64,000 nt of DNA. Origin: Octopus sinensis. Taxonomy: Eukaryota. The first letter of the stretch is position 1. Each line of letters opens with the position of its first letter. Made by a program: the position numbers and the translations under genes. The stretch spans positions 155,558,001 to 155,622,000 of the forward strand of contig NC_042997.1 in the NCBI RefSeq assembly GCF_006345805.1, written 5' to 3'. The notes beneath the pieces are model-generated. The model was not told the DNA's origin, ran no database searches, and saw only the letters and a list, made by a program, of their open reading frames with translations. Shown here piece by piece: positions 1 through 11,880 of this stretch.

Positions 1-330
1 TCCTACCGTTTCACTTTGAAGTACACTGTTACAACCAAGACACGATCCGTAAACCAGTAAAGAAAGCAACGTAAAATTCTGCAGTCCACCTTCCAATTGG
101 CCATAACCCACTTTTATCTGCAAAAACAACACAACCGACTGAGAAAGTACGGTGCACTGAATAACCAAACTGCATACCTGCAAGTTTACATTTACCAGGA
201 CATACATTTGAATTGCACGCGCCGCTGCACAATCACATAAATAACACCTGTCCAAGCAAACATCTCTGAAACTATGGAATCCTGCAAGCCCTACAATTTC
301 GACAGTCAAAACCCTTTCCGCTTGAGTCCT
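1..330 (+). mobile_element. Degenerate 3' end of a CR1/L2-group LINE RT ORF
   Basis: Broken-frame translation gives TIRKPVKKAT..FCSPP (cf. TIYKAxVRPxLEYCSPxW) and SLKLWNPASPTISTVKTLSA (cf. TIRLWNxLPxxxVxAxSLxxF); many stops. Confidence 0.4.
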
Positions 331-560
331 GAAGGTAAAAAAACAAATCCTACATTTATCCTGCAGTCTACACAGATTATTGTGCAAATTGACTTCGGCT
401 ATCCTTCGATAATCTAAAGAGATAATGAAAGTGCTTGTTCGACAATTTCGTACAAAATTTTTATTCAATTTTTTTTTCTACAGTTGAATCGCTTTGTTAA
501 TGTATGTCTTGTCTTTGTATTGTGTGCATGTATATACGTATATGTGTGTAAGTACTATTA

Positions 561-600
<40 letters not shown>

Positions 601-604
<4 letters not shown>

Positions 605-975
605 TCTTTTACTTGTTTCAGTCATTTGACTGCGGCCATGCTGGAGCACCGCCTTTAGTCGAGCAAATCGACACCAGGACTTATTCTTTGAAAGCCTAGT
701 ACTTATTCTATCGGTCGCTTTTGCCGAACCGCTAAGTTACTGGGACGCAAACACACCACCATCGGTTGTCAAGCGACGCTGGCGAGACAAATACACACAC
801 ACAAACATACACACACACACGCACACACACACACACACACACACCTACACTTTCCGTCTACCAAATCCACTCACAAGGCTTTGGTCGGCCCGAGGCTATA
901 GTAGAAGACACTTGCCCAAGGTGCCATGTGGTTGGTAAGCAAGCTACTTACCACACAATCACTCCCGCGCCTGTA
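601..975 (-). mobile_element. tRNA-headed SINE, family B (abundant octopus-type)
   Basis: Reverse complement of the copies at 21950 and 34970 (GCGCAGGAGTGGCTGTGTGG head, internal TG microsatellite, CCAGCATGGCCGCAGTCAAATGACTGAAAC tail). Confidence 0.85.
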
Positions 976-1104
976 TTTTTTGTTATATATGTATGTGTTT
1001 ATGTGCGTATGTATATATGTGTATGTATGTGTATACACAGGCACTCATACATAAGCAGTACTTACACAAATATACATACATACATGCACACAAATGGATG
1101 GAAG

Positions 1105-1487
1105 CACTCCGTCGGTTACGACGATGAGGGTTCCGGTTGATCCGAATCAACGGAACAGCCTGCTCGTGAAATTAACGTGTAAGTGGCTGAGCACTCCACA
1201 GACACGTGCACCCTTAACGTAGTTCTCGGGGATATTCAGCGTGACACAGAGAGTGACAAGGCCGGCCCTTTGAAATACAGGTACAACAGAAACCGGAAGT
1301 AAGAGTGAGAGAAAGTTGTGGTGAAAGAGTACAGCAGGGATCACCACCATCCCCTGCCGGAGCCACGTGGAACTTCTTTTATGTGTTTTCGCCCAATAAA
1401 CACTCACAACGCCTGGTCTGGGAATCGAAACCGCGATCCTATGACCGCGAGTCCGCTGCCCTAACCACTAGGCCATTGCGCCTCCAC
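1105..1487 (-). mobile_element. tRNA-headed SINE
   Basis: Minus strand begins GGCGCAATGGCCTAGTGGTTAGGG (A box)...GGTTTCGATTCCC (B box); 3' portion shared with the element at ~31330. Confidence 0.75.
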
Positions 1488-2021
1488 GCACACAAATAAT
1501 ACATATACAAAAAATACATAAACATAAGCGATTCAGCTGAAATAAAATTGAAAAAAATAAACATTTTTTACGAAAATTGATAAGCAAGCACTTTCATTAT
1601 CCCCCTACCTTTATCGAAAGATAGCCTAGACTTTTACAGACTATCAAGAACTTTTTCCTTGCATGCCCCTATTTTTTCTTGCTTCTCAGCACTAGATTTC
1701 ATGCACAGGGCACTCTTCCCATCAAGTTTGTTATTTCATATTTCTTTCCTTTGTTTACAGTGTTTCGTACTGTTTACAATGCTGTCTGTACTGCAAACTT
1801 CTATTTGTTTACATGTTAGAACGGTTATAAACTGCAACACTATATTTCAATTTGATTCCGCGACGACTCATTCCACGACAACACATTTCCGCGCCGACCC
1901 ATTTTAACGACGATTCGTTTCCTCGACGGCTCAATTTCGCGAAGATTTCATTTCCACAAAGATTCATTCAGCGAAAACGTGCATATGTTTTTATAATATT
2001 CCATATTTTTTTATAATGTAT

Positions 2022-2251
2022 ATTTCTTTATTACCCACAAGGGGCTAAACACAGAGAGGACGAACAAGGACAGACAAATGGATTAAGTCGATTACATCGA
2101 CCCCAGTGTGTAACTGTTACTTAATTTATCGACCCCGAAAGGATGAAAGGCAAAGTGGACCTCGGCGGAATTTGAACCCAGAACGTAACGGCAGACGAAA
2201 TACGGCTACGCATTTCGCCCGGCGCGCTAACGATTCTGCCAGTTCGCCGCC
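2022..2251 (-). mobile_element. SINE family A (GGCGAGCTGGCAGAA head)
   Basis: Matches the many copies with the GTCGACTTTGCCTTTCATCCTTTCGGGGTCGAT core. Confidence 0.85.
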
Positions 2252-3377
2252 TATTATTTTATTTATTTTTTTTTTTTTTTATAATGTATCTCTCTTTGGT
2301 CGCTTGCTCGTTATTTCATACACACGTATCGTACATGCATTTGGAGAAAACAGTTTCTCCAAATGCATGTTTTTTTTTGCTACATGTTTCACTTAAATGT
2401 TTGCAGATTTTTCGCAATTTGAGCTTCGCACTATAACATTCAAAATACATGCATCCATGCCTACACCTAGTTATACACATGCACCTCGTTATTTATGCGT
2501 TATTTGTGCTCTTTTCCCCGACTCACAGTACATCCGATGTTTGATCATACTCTCTTGCACCCTTACTTCCAGTCGCAACTTACCTCAATAAGATCCCAGG
2601 ATGGTCACAGTATGTATATACAGAAAGTTTGCCTGACTTTCTCAGCACGCCAGCATGTCACTTGCAATTTATCGTTTTGCTTAAATCACAGCAAACGTAT
2701 ACGACCACAACGTTAAACTCATTTTACCTCTGCAATACATTTAAAGCATTTAACCCAGCATACACACTTCTGCCCAATAATTTTCAAATTACATCATGGT
2801 TTGAGAATGCACATTCTCACCCCAGCTCCGTTCAATGAAAGTCCGTGGCTGCTCCTTCTCTCGGACATGTACACACAACTCATTACTAAATCCCGCTCAC
2901 GCTTACTTAATACTGGTCAAAGCCAGTCCGCACACAAAGCAACAAAGCAACCTTGAACTATTCAAGGCAACCTTGAACTATTCACACACAAAAGCAACCT
3001 TGAACTATTCGGACCCACTCGAATAGATACTTATCTCGTTACATCGCCTCAGTTACTTTCCCTTGACATCCATGATTTTTCTGGCCTGGCATCACATCCA
3101 TCTGCAATTTAACACTTAACAATCACAGTTTTGAACGTTCTACAATTTTCATAGTGCACATACCTACAATTTTTCCTATTATCGATCCTTTGTCAGCGTC
3201 AAACTGAATGGAAAGTGATATAGCGAACAGCAACAGTATAGTTAAGCTGGGATTCGAAACCAAATCCACATTTTCATGCCTGGTCAAGCAGATCCACGGT
3301 CTATTGTCTTAGCCTTATTGCACTCAGAGATTAATGAGAAGTTGACCTCTTGAGCTTTCTCGAGCCAGTCTTCGGCC

Positions 3378-3780
3378 AGGTGGCAGAAACGTTAGGACGC
3401 CAGGCGAAATACTTAGCGGTATTTCGTCTGCGCTACGTTCTGAGTTCAAATTCCGCTGAGGTCAACTTTGACTTTCATCCTTTCGGGGTCGATTAAATAA
3501 GTACCATTTACGCACTGGGGTCGATATAATTCGTTTTTGTCTGTCCTTGTTTGTCCTCTCTGTGTTTAGCCCCTTGTGGGTAGTAAAGAAATAGGTATTT
3601 CGTCGCCGTTACGTTGTGAGTTCAAATTCCGTCGAGGTCGAGTTTGCCTTTCATCCTTTCGGGGTCGATAAATTAAGTACCAGTTACGCACTGGGGTCGA
3701 TGTAATCTACTTAATCCGTTTGTCTGACCTTGTTTGTCCCCTCTGTGTGTAACCCTTTGTGGGCAGTAAAGAAATAAGAA
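3378..3780 (+). mobile_element. SINE family A, internal dimer
   Basis: Head followed by two tandem B-box/core/tail units; interrupts the 3225-4100 diverged repeat. Confidence 0.85.
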
Positions 3781-4252
3781 CTAAAAAAGACAACGAACCT
3801 TATTGTTCTACTTGACCTAATTCAGTTACCAGCAAGTTATAAAAACACAAACAAACAGCTGTCTTCCTCTCTTTGGCCAATCGTTTCTGGGCAGACAACT
3901 CTGTCAGTAAGCTGATCAACGCATGCGACGGAAGACCTCTTAATGTATCATTCTGCCTAGATTATTTTGCACTGTCTTTCTTTTTAGCAGCACAGTGATG
4001 AAGCTAGCTCCTTCACACAATGACCATGGAATCAGAAACAAATATTCTACAAAGTTGTGAACACACAAACAACTCGTCGAAGTTGTATATTTGTTATGCA
4101 TTGTAACGACTTGCATTATAATCATCATCAAACATTGTAGCAATATGATAATCGACATGTAATAAATGGCCACAATCAAACAAGCAGCTATTGTTTCTGT
4201 CATCACTTCTCTGCTGCACTATGACATAAAACTTCATCATTGTTACAAATTA

Positions 4253-4642
4253 CTAGCAGTATTGCCCGGCGTTGCTCGGGTTTGTTTCGACCCTTTAGAA
4301 TTGGAATTTTTGAAAAGTAAAAATTTTGCATTATGTAGCTTGTTATACTCTTTAAGTGAACATTTTTCTGGTTGAAATCTACCGAAAAATAGCGACACAG
4401 CAGTCAAAAATCGTAAAAAATAGGGATTTTCATAGAAAAAAAAGCACCTTTTTTATGTAAATAATTTTTGGTCTTAACATGATCCGATTTGAATTTTATC
4501 TTCTACGGAATGAAGAGCAAGCCTTCTTCTATCATACTCTCAATTTTGGTCAACTTGCGCCGCAGGGTCTCAGAGGAGATAGTGTTAGTTGAAGCCTAAC
4601 AAACCTGCCACACACAGACAACTTCAGCTTTATACATATAGA
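4253..4642 (-). mobile_element. Non-autonomous Helitron
   Basis: Minus strand starts TC(TATATGTATAAAG), ends with a CCCGAGCAACGCCGGG hairpin then CTAG, and is inserted between A and T; termini shared with 35506-35902. Confidence 0.8.
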
Positions 4643-5349
4643 TAATTTAGTTTTAATAATTAGTTACTTGATAACTCTAGGGCTGAACAGAAAATTACAT
4701 ATTTAAATCGGTTTAGAAAAAATAAACAGTATAAAATACAGGGCACATCTGCAAAATATATATACAGAGTTTAAAAAGAAGTTTTTAAAAATACATATTC
4801 AGTTAAGCATCTGAAGCAATAAAACAATATAGCCCATTGTTAATAATTCATCTAAATTGGCTAACATATAAAAATTCTCAGTATACGCATACATTCTTAA
4901 TGAAAAGTAAAAATAGCTTTTATTCGAGCAAATACATTTGGTTGTCTCTGATTTCTATCTAGCACGGTGATCTACTTCGTAAAGAGGAGAATCGAGTTGT
5001 TGTTTGGCTCTAGCTCAATCCCAATTAAGCAAACTTGTGACCTCAACATCATTTTTTTCGAGCAAAGTGTTTATCTAACTCTGCTGGGTGTGATTTGCGG
5101 GAGGTCTGACTGCTATTTCTAACATTCGAACGCTTTATTCGTTCGAGGCAAGAATCGTAATATAGTAAGAATAACACGAAATATAAAACAACAAAGATTA
5201 TCAAAATTAATGCATAATGGTAAACATTGTTTGCACTTATTGTTTACTTTAAAGCTAGTTCTGACCTGTTCCAACCAACATACGGTTAATAGAATTCAAA
5301 CCAAAACATCTTTATCAACGTTCTTTCGTAATACATACGCGCGCGCGCG

Positions 5350-6554
5350 CAGGAAGTAAATAGACACCTTTAATTTTCAAAATCTTTTATTCGATACGCA
5401 AAGCCAACAATTGAAATGTAATCGATAGGTAGGACTACATACTTTAGTATTTAGTTTACATTCCTTTTGCAGTTTTTAATTCAGAAACTCTTTTTGGCAT
5501 TGAACTGATGAGCTTTGTGGAATTTCTGCCCACTTTTCACGCAACAATCGAAACAATTCATCTTTAGATTTAGGTTTCTGTCGAGTTCTATCTAGTATGC
5601 TCCAAAGATTTTCAATTGGGTTCATGTCAGGAGATTGGCTCGGCTAAGGAAGCTTTTTGATCCCATTTTCAGTCAACCATTGTTGATTCCTTTTCGCTGT
5701 GTGGCATGGAGCCCCATCTTCCATGAATAAAAACTCATTTTTCGTTATGTTATCGTGTGAATACATCGGAAGTATTCCTTGCTTAAATATTTCGATGTAT
5801 TTTTCAGAGTTTATGATTCCAACACATTCGATCAGCTCAGAACCACCATTGCTGGTGACAACTCCCCATACCATTATAGAGATACCGCCATGCTTCACAA
5901 TTGTCATTTCAAATCAAATTCTTGATTGGGAAGCCTCCAGACCCAAACACGTCCACTCTCTGAAAATAATGCAAATCTGGATTCATCTGAGAAAATCACT
6001 CTATCCCAAAATGAACTGGATTTTTCTCTGACATCTTAGCTCATTTCTTTCTTTTCATGATATTAATTGGTTGAAGGGGAGGTTTTCTTCTAGCTGCTCG
6101 TCCAGATATGTAACACACGTTATTGGACTAACTTCTGGCTGTTTTGCAATATCAGAAGCCTTCGAACTGGGTTCGTTTTCCACAATTCTTTTCAAATAGC
6201 GAAGCTTCCTTTCCGAGGGCCCAGGTCGGCCGGGACGAGAATCTGTTGATTCTTTTCCTTGGCTTTTGAATTGCACTATAATTCTATTAACAGTAACAAG
6301 AGGAATTTGAAGATTTTCGGCAATTTTTCGCCGGCTAGGACCAGCCTCAGATTGCCCAACAATACGACATCTTTGAAAATCTGACAGTTCTGCTGAATAT
6401 TTTGTGCGTGGCATGGTTACTCTTCGCAAATGTTCAATATAATGGCACCTGGAATGAAAAAGAATAATTACATTGTAAATTCTACACCGCTGAAAACATA
6501 TTAAGACGCTTAGATCAGAAATTTTGAAAATTAAAGGTGTCTATTTACTTCCTG
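5350..6554 (-). mobile_element. Tc1-family DNA transposon, degenerate (DD34E-type)
   Basis: 34-bp TIR CAGGAAGTAAATAGACACCTTTAATTTTCAAAAT at both ends. Transposase pieces: HTH (6055-6429), VIFSDES, VKHGGISIMVWG, FMEDGAPCH and SQSPDMNPIENLW, with frameshifts. TA TSD not preserved. Confidence 0.9.
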
Positions 6555-6799
6555 CATGTCTGTGTATATGTGTATATGTGTGTGTGTGTGTGTAGACAAA
6601 GAAAGTTACCTATTAATTAGTTATGAGTATGCAGCATTTATTAAAAGAAAGCAATTATTAAAATGTACACTGTCTAGAAAATTATTAAAAATCTTAATTA
6701 AATTTTTTTTTTATCAAAATGTGTTTTCATATACTACTGAAAATTTCAACTACAGAAAATTAGTTTTAATTCACTTTGAGTTAGTGTTCCCTCCTTGTC

Positions 6800-6810
6800 C
6801 TCTCTCTCTC

Positions 6811-6876
<66 letters not shown>

Positions 6877-6900
6877 ACTCACTCTTTCTCTCTCTCACTC
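6800..6900. repeat. (CT)n microsatellite
   Basis: Direct reading. Confidence 0.95.
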
Positions 6901-7129
6901 GCTCATACACTTCACGGTGCTACTTTCTACAGTCATATCAGTAAGATCATTTATCCAGATTATAAGTTTAATCCAGCACCAGCCAAATTATGTTGACTGT
7001 AGTATTCTTTTATCCTTGCTTTTGAAGAAATAGAAAGCTGAAGAAAAGTGTTTTAATTTACTTTCGTCAATTGTGCCAAATGTTAACTTATATATATATA
7101 TTTAAAAAAATAAATGCACCCTTTTTAAA

Positions 7130-7360
7130 GTCTAGCCAGGCTCATGGGCTCGGTTTCTCGGTTTGTATGGCGTATGTGTTCCCCAGTTGGACGAGACGCC
7201 AGTCCATCGCAGCGTTACTCATTTTTGCCAGCTGAGTGGACTGGAGTAACGTGAAATGAAGTGTTTTGCTCAAGAACACAATGCGTCGCCCGGTCCAGGA
7301 ATCGAAACCACAATCTTACGATCATGATGCTGATACCCTAACCACTAAGCCACGCGCCTC
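7130..7360 (-). mobile_element. tRNA-headed SINE family C
   Basis: Minus-strand GGCGCGTGGCTTAGTGGTTAGGG...GGTTTCGATTCC head and TGTGTTCTTGAGCAAAACACTT body, shared with 16790, 31330 and 42390. Confidence 0.8.
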
Positions 7361-7374
7361 CACTTGTATATATA

Positions 7375-8200
7375 TAATGATTTCAAATTTTGACACTAGG
7401 TCAACAATTCGATCACATCGACCCCAGTCTCCAACAGGTACTCATTTTATCAACTCTGAAATGAAAAGCAAAGTCGACCTCAGCAGAATTTGAACTCAGA
7501 ACGTTGAGACGGAGGAAATGCTGCTTAGTACAGTAATACCTCACTTTACGAGTTTTATTTTCCGCTCACTTTTCTATGGTGAGCTGAAATTTTTCAAGCA
7601 CAAGATCAAAATTTTGAACGAAGTGCAAAGGTTTCTACCACCATAAGAAATGCTTCAGCGTGTTACCGAGAAATGCTAAGCAAACAACTCTAGACTTTTT
7701 TTAAAGAAATCTACAAGTCCGTCTACGAGTACTTGTGAATCAACGATCGCGTCTACAAGTGATGGTGTGCGCGAGTTTAGTACGAGTGAAAGAGATTCAG
7801 AAAACAATTATAAAAACACTTTCTATTATAAAAGATCTTGACATTCTTTTTACTTTATGCAAAATATTCATTACGAAGAGAATCCTTGTGGTCATTCAAA
7901 CTTCTTGAATAACATCCAAATTCTCCCTCCAAATCACGCACTACCGTCTTTAAAATGTAACAATGGATAGTCGTACATTATTCCTGACTTCCAACCACCT
8001 ACCATTTACTTACGAATATTATAAATTTTATAGTTAAAATATTTTTCTGGGAACTAATTACGATTTATTGCAACATTGCGACAATGGGGATTATTGCTCT
8101 GTTTTATGACTTTTCGCTTTACGAGAGGTGCCCGGAAACAAAATAACTCGTATATCGAGGTGTTACTGTATTTTGCCCGGCGTGCTATCGGTTCTGCCAG
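7375..8200 (-). mobile_element. SINE family A interrupted by a MITE
   Basis: SINE sequence stops at 7530 and resumes at 8169, with the TA duplicated. Confidence 0.75.
7531..8168. mobile_element. Tigger/pogo-like MITE
   Basis: TA|CAGTAATACCTC...GAGGTGTTACTG|TA termini; no ORF. Confidence 0.75.
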
Positions 8201-8419
8201 CCCGCCGCCTTAAATTTGTTTATATAATGGCATACAACACAGTGAAGAGAATAACTGTCCAATCACCACTCGATAAACCAGTCTTCATTTCTTAGATTCC
8301 AGCAATGCGGTTATAGCTTTGTTAAGTTATACGCAAACTAGTGGAGACGAGAATACATTTATCAAAGATTTATTACTTCACGTACATCAGGGCTTAAGTC
8401 GTCAGTTATTTCTGTTTAG

Positions 8420-8847
8420 GGCTCTTTTCGGTTTGAACGGCAATTTTTTTCTAGCGGTGTCATATGAAATTGTCACCCATAATTATGACCCTAGTATCGA
8501 TTTATTGCATTTCAATCTGTTTTAGGGTTAGGGTTAGTTAGGGTGAGGGTTAGGGGGGAGGGTATCTTTTTTTCTTCACAAATGTAAATAAACCCAATCT
8601 GTTTCTTAAACGAGGGACATATCCATACGGCACGGAATGTTTTTTACCTCAATAGACATCAATGATTGGTTGAAATTGCAGAAATTGAAGAAAAAAAACA
8701 ACAAATATCTTACAAACTATAGAATTTTCTCAATAAAGCCAAGAGAAAAAGATGTTTTATAAACACATTCTATCAGTATACGAAGTTTAAAATTTTTTAG
8801 TTACCTAGAAATTATGTTAAAAACTGCCGTTCAAACTGAAAAGATCC
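8420..8847 (+). mobile_element. TTAGGG-containing MITE family A, copy 1
   Basis: TIR GG(A/C)TCTTTTCGGTTTGAACGGCA. Flanks are CTGTTTAG (8412-8419) and, after an extra GATCC, CTGTTTAA (8853-8860). Internal TTAGGG units. Confidence 0.85.
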
Positions 8848-9602
8848 GATCCCTGTTTAATTCATTCAGATTCGTTTCACACTCACTGTTGACATTCTTT
8901 GGTTTTTCCTTCTCCTACCGGAAGTCTCTTTTGTTTTCCCGCTGACCAACTTCCTAGCTAGACCGCAGCGAAGTTTCTGTCTACAGTTCGTGTGTCACGA
9001 ATCCTGCTCTACGCGGTGTTACATATGAACACAACAGAAGGGACGTTAAGTTTCAAAGAAGTAAATATTGTGCCATGCGTGGATTTTCCGACAATCTCTT
9101 TTCAACTTACTTATAAGTTTACATAACATATGAGAGTCTTTCTACGAAATAAAGATGATTTTATCGAAATGGTTCGGCATTTGTTTTCTTTTCGCTTTGT
9201 TGACTGTCACTAAGCAAAAGATCGTCGATGGGTGGTTGGAGGTCAGGAATAACGTATGACTATTCATTGTTACATGTAGTGCGTGATTTGGAGGGGGAAT
9301 TTGGCTGCTATTACCAGAGGTCTGGATAATAACAAGGATTCTCTTCGGTGACTCTCGTTTTCATCATACAACAATGGCAACTCTTCTCACATAACAAAGA
9401 AACAGTTATTATTTAGTTTGTATATTTTTAATGATTGTTTATTCACTTACGGGACTCAAAATTTGTCCTAATATTAAAATTTTTTGAACAGCCGAAATGT
9501 AAGTGAAAGTTTGGGGCGATATTTTGCATTACCACTGTTAACTAAAACGAAAATATTATCGTCGTGAAATTTTCCAAGAAAACACCGGAGAAGGGACAAA
9601 TG

Positions 9603-10007
9603 GGATCTCTGTTTGAATGGCAGGTTTTAACATAATTTCTAGGTAACTAAAAAATGTTAAACTTCGTATACTGGTAGAATGTGTTTATAAAACATCTTTT
9701 TCTCTTGGCTTTATTGAGAAAATTCTATAGTTTGTAAGATATTTGTTGTTTTTTCTTCAATTTCTACAATTTCAACCAATCAATGACGTCCATTGAGGTA
9801 AAGAACATTCTGTGCCGTATGAATATGTCCCTCGTTTAAGAAACAGATTGGGTTTATTTACATTTGTAAAGAAAAAAGATACCCTTCCCCCCACCCTAAC
9901 CCTAAAACAGATTGAAATGCAATAGATCGATACTAGGGTCATAATTATGGGTGATAATTTCAAATGACACCGCTAGATAAAAACTGCCGTTCAAACCGAA
10001 AAGATCT
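9603..10007 (-). mobile_element. TTAGGG-containing MITE family A, copy 2
   Basis: Inverted copy of 8420-8847 with a perfect 8-bp TSD GACAAATG (9595-9602, 10008-10015). Confidence 0.9.
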
Positions 10008-10246
10008 GACAAATGTATATTTTTAATAACGCTCTTAAGTAGAGTATGTAATTATTTAAAACATATATTTTAACTATGATAATATTTGTTTTAATAGCAG
10101 TTGGTTCTTGTATAGACGATGAAACAAAAAAGCCTGCACATAACGTTCAGAAATAATCTGATGGAGTCACCACTATATTAAATCAATACTATTGTTGTTA
10201 ATATAGAGTGAATAAGGCCCACACGCACACAAACAATCACGCAGCA

Positions 10247-10318
10247 GGTTCTATGGTGTAATGGTTAGCACTCTGGACTCTGAATCCAGCGATCCGAGTT
10301 CAAGTCTCGGTAGAACCT
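10247..10318 (+). tRNA. tRNA-Gln, anticodon CTG
   Basis: 72-nt cloverleaf: acceptor GGTTCTA/TAGAACC, D stem GTGT/GCAC, anticodon arm CTGGA-CTCTGAA-TCCAG (CTG at 10280-10282), T arm CCGAG-TTCAAGT-CTCGG. Near-identical to the canonical metazoan tRNA-Gln-CTG. Confidence 0.97.
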
Positions 10319-10320
10319 GA

Positions 10321-10330
10321 TTTTCTTTTT
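10321..10330 (+). terminator. RNA polymerase III terminator (TTTTCTTTTT)
   Basis: T4 and T5 runs start 3 nt after the tRNA end. Confidence 0.8.
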
Positions 10331-10983
10331 GATATGTTTACCGGTTTTTTGGGGTTTTTTTTTTTTTTCATTTTTGTCAAGGCCAATAACTGAAACAGGT
10401 AAAAGGTGAGAATTATAGGATGCCTGCCTTTGTTAGAAATTACATCCAGCTTGCTGTGTAAATAGAGAGCCTCTTGTTATAATGGCTGTCACTGCAAGAT
10501 GAAACCAAGAACAGCTCCATTAATTTCAAGAGAAAGATATGTGTGAGTGTGTACGCGTGAGAGATGGCTTTCATTTCCGAGTCCCACATAGGAACATGTT
10601 AGCAGAAGACTTGCTCTGAAGAAATAAATCCAAACCTGGGTGGAATTCAGCAGCTCAGATTCTCCATTTAATGAATATTTCTTGAAACAGGATCCTGTGG
10701 GAACGACCCAAACAAAATTTTACATCATATATTAGATGAGATAATGACTTTTTGGTTAGTCATACGCCGTTATCACGGATATATTTGACTAATAGATATT
10801 AGTATTTCGAAATCAGGCATCTACTACTAATTCCGCTCACAAGACTTTGGCCAGTTCTAGTCTATAGTAGAAGACACGGCAAGACTTCCTTTTGTACCCC
10901 CACCCCCAAAAACACCCCTTTTTAAAATTTAATTTTTTTTTCTACATAAACCCCCGTTTTCGACTACGGAGAATACGAATCTG

Positions 10984-11409
10984 GGATCTTTTCGGTTTGA
11001 CCGACAGTTTTTTAAAATAATTTCCACGTAACTAAACACTTTTAAACTTCGTATACCGGTAGAATGTGTTTATAAAACATCTTTTTCTCTTGGCTTTACT
11101 GAGAAAATTCTATAGTTTGTAAGATATTTGTTGTTGTTTTTCTTCTATTTCTGCAATTTCAACCAATCATTGACGTCTATTGAGATGAAAACATTCTGTA
11201 CTGTATGAATATGTCCCTCGTTTAAGAAACAGATTGGGTTTATTTACATTTGTGAAGAAAAAAGATACCATTCCCCCCACCCCTAACCCTAACTAACCCT
11301 AACCCTAAAACAGATTGAAATGCAATAGATCGATACTAGGGTCATAATTATGGGTGACAATTTCATATGACACCGCAAGAAAGAACTGCCGTTCAAACCG
11401 AAAAGATCC
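10984..11409 (-). mobile_element. TTAGGG-containing MITE family A, copy 3 (nested in family B)
   Basis: GGATCTTTTCGG...CCGAAAAGATCC termini; perfect 8-bp TSD CGAATCTG (10976-10983, 11410-11417). Confidence 0.92.
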
Positions 11410-11572
11410 CGAATCTGCAGAAAAATTGGCAAAAATTGGCATTTTGAAATTACCCTTCCCCACCCCAAAATTCTTCATTTATAACTTTTTACTGATTTTT
11501 TTTTTCAAAATATGCGGAAAAATACGGAGATTATGATTCTGAAAAAAAATTCCAAAAATGTTTCTACTTACG

Positions 11573-11880
11573 GTTAGGTTTAGGGTTTTAGGGTTAGGGT
11601 TAGGGTTAAGGTTTTAGGGCTAGGGTTAGGGTTAAGGTTTTAGGGTTAGGATTAGGGTTTTAGGGTTAGGGTTAAGGTTTTAGGGTTAGGGTTAGGGTTT
11701 TAGGGTTAGAGTTACGGGAAAAAATGCAAAATGAAGAAATTGGAGGTTAGATTTAGGGTTTTAGGGTTAGGGTTAAGGTTTTAGGGTTAGGGTTAGGGAT
11801 AAGGTTTTAGGGTTAGGATTAGGGTTTTAGGGTTAGGATTAGGGTTTTAGGGTTAGGGTTAGGGTTTTAGGGTTAGAGTT
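11573..11880 (+). repeat. Interstitial telomere-like array (TTAGGG with TTTTAGGG/TTAAGG variants)
   Basis: Direct reading; includes an internal duplication ending GAGTTACGGGAAAAAATGCAAA.TGAAGAAATTGGAGG. Confidence 0.9.

Noticed and set aside
29-232. Cys-rich ORF and apparent minus-strand exon pair
   Set aside because: The plus strand is better explained as a decayed LINE RT 3' end, and I recognise no domain.
3990-4080. C/D snoRNA suggested by TGATGA conserved in both paralogs
   Set aside because: No CTGA D box at a suitable distance and no terminal stem in either copy.
5500-5560. CTGATGAG...GAAACAATT hammerhead-like string
   Set aside because: Lacks the GUH triplet and stem I; it is antisense Tc1 coding sequence.
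11573-11880. True telomere or chromosome fusion site
   Set aside because: The array lies inside a TIR- and TSD-bounded element, is on one strand only and is highly variant.
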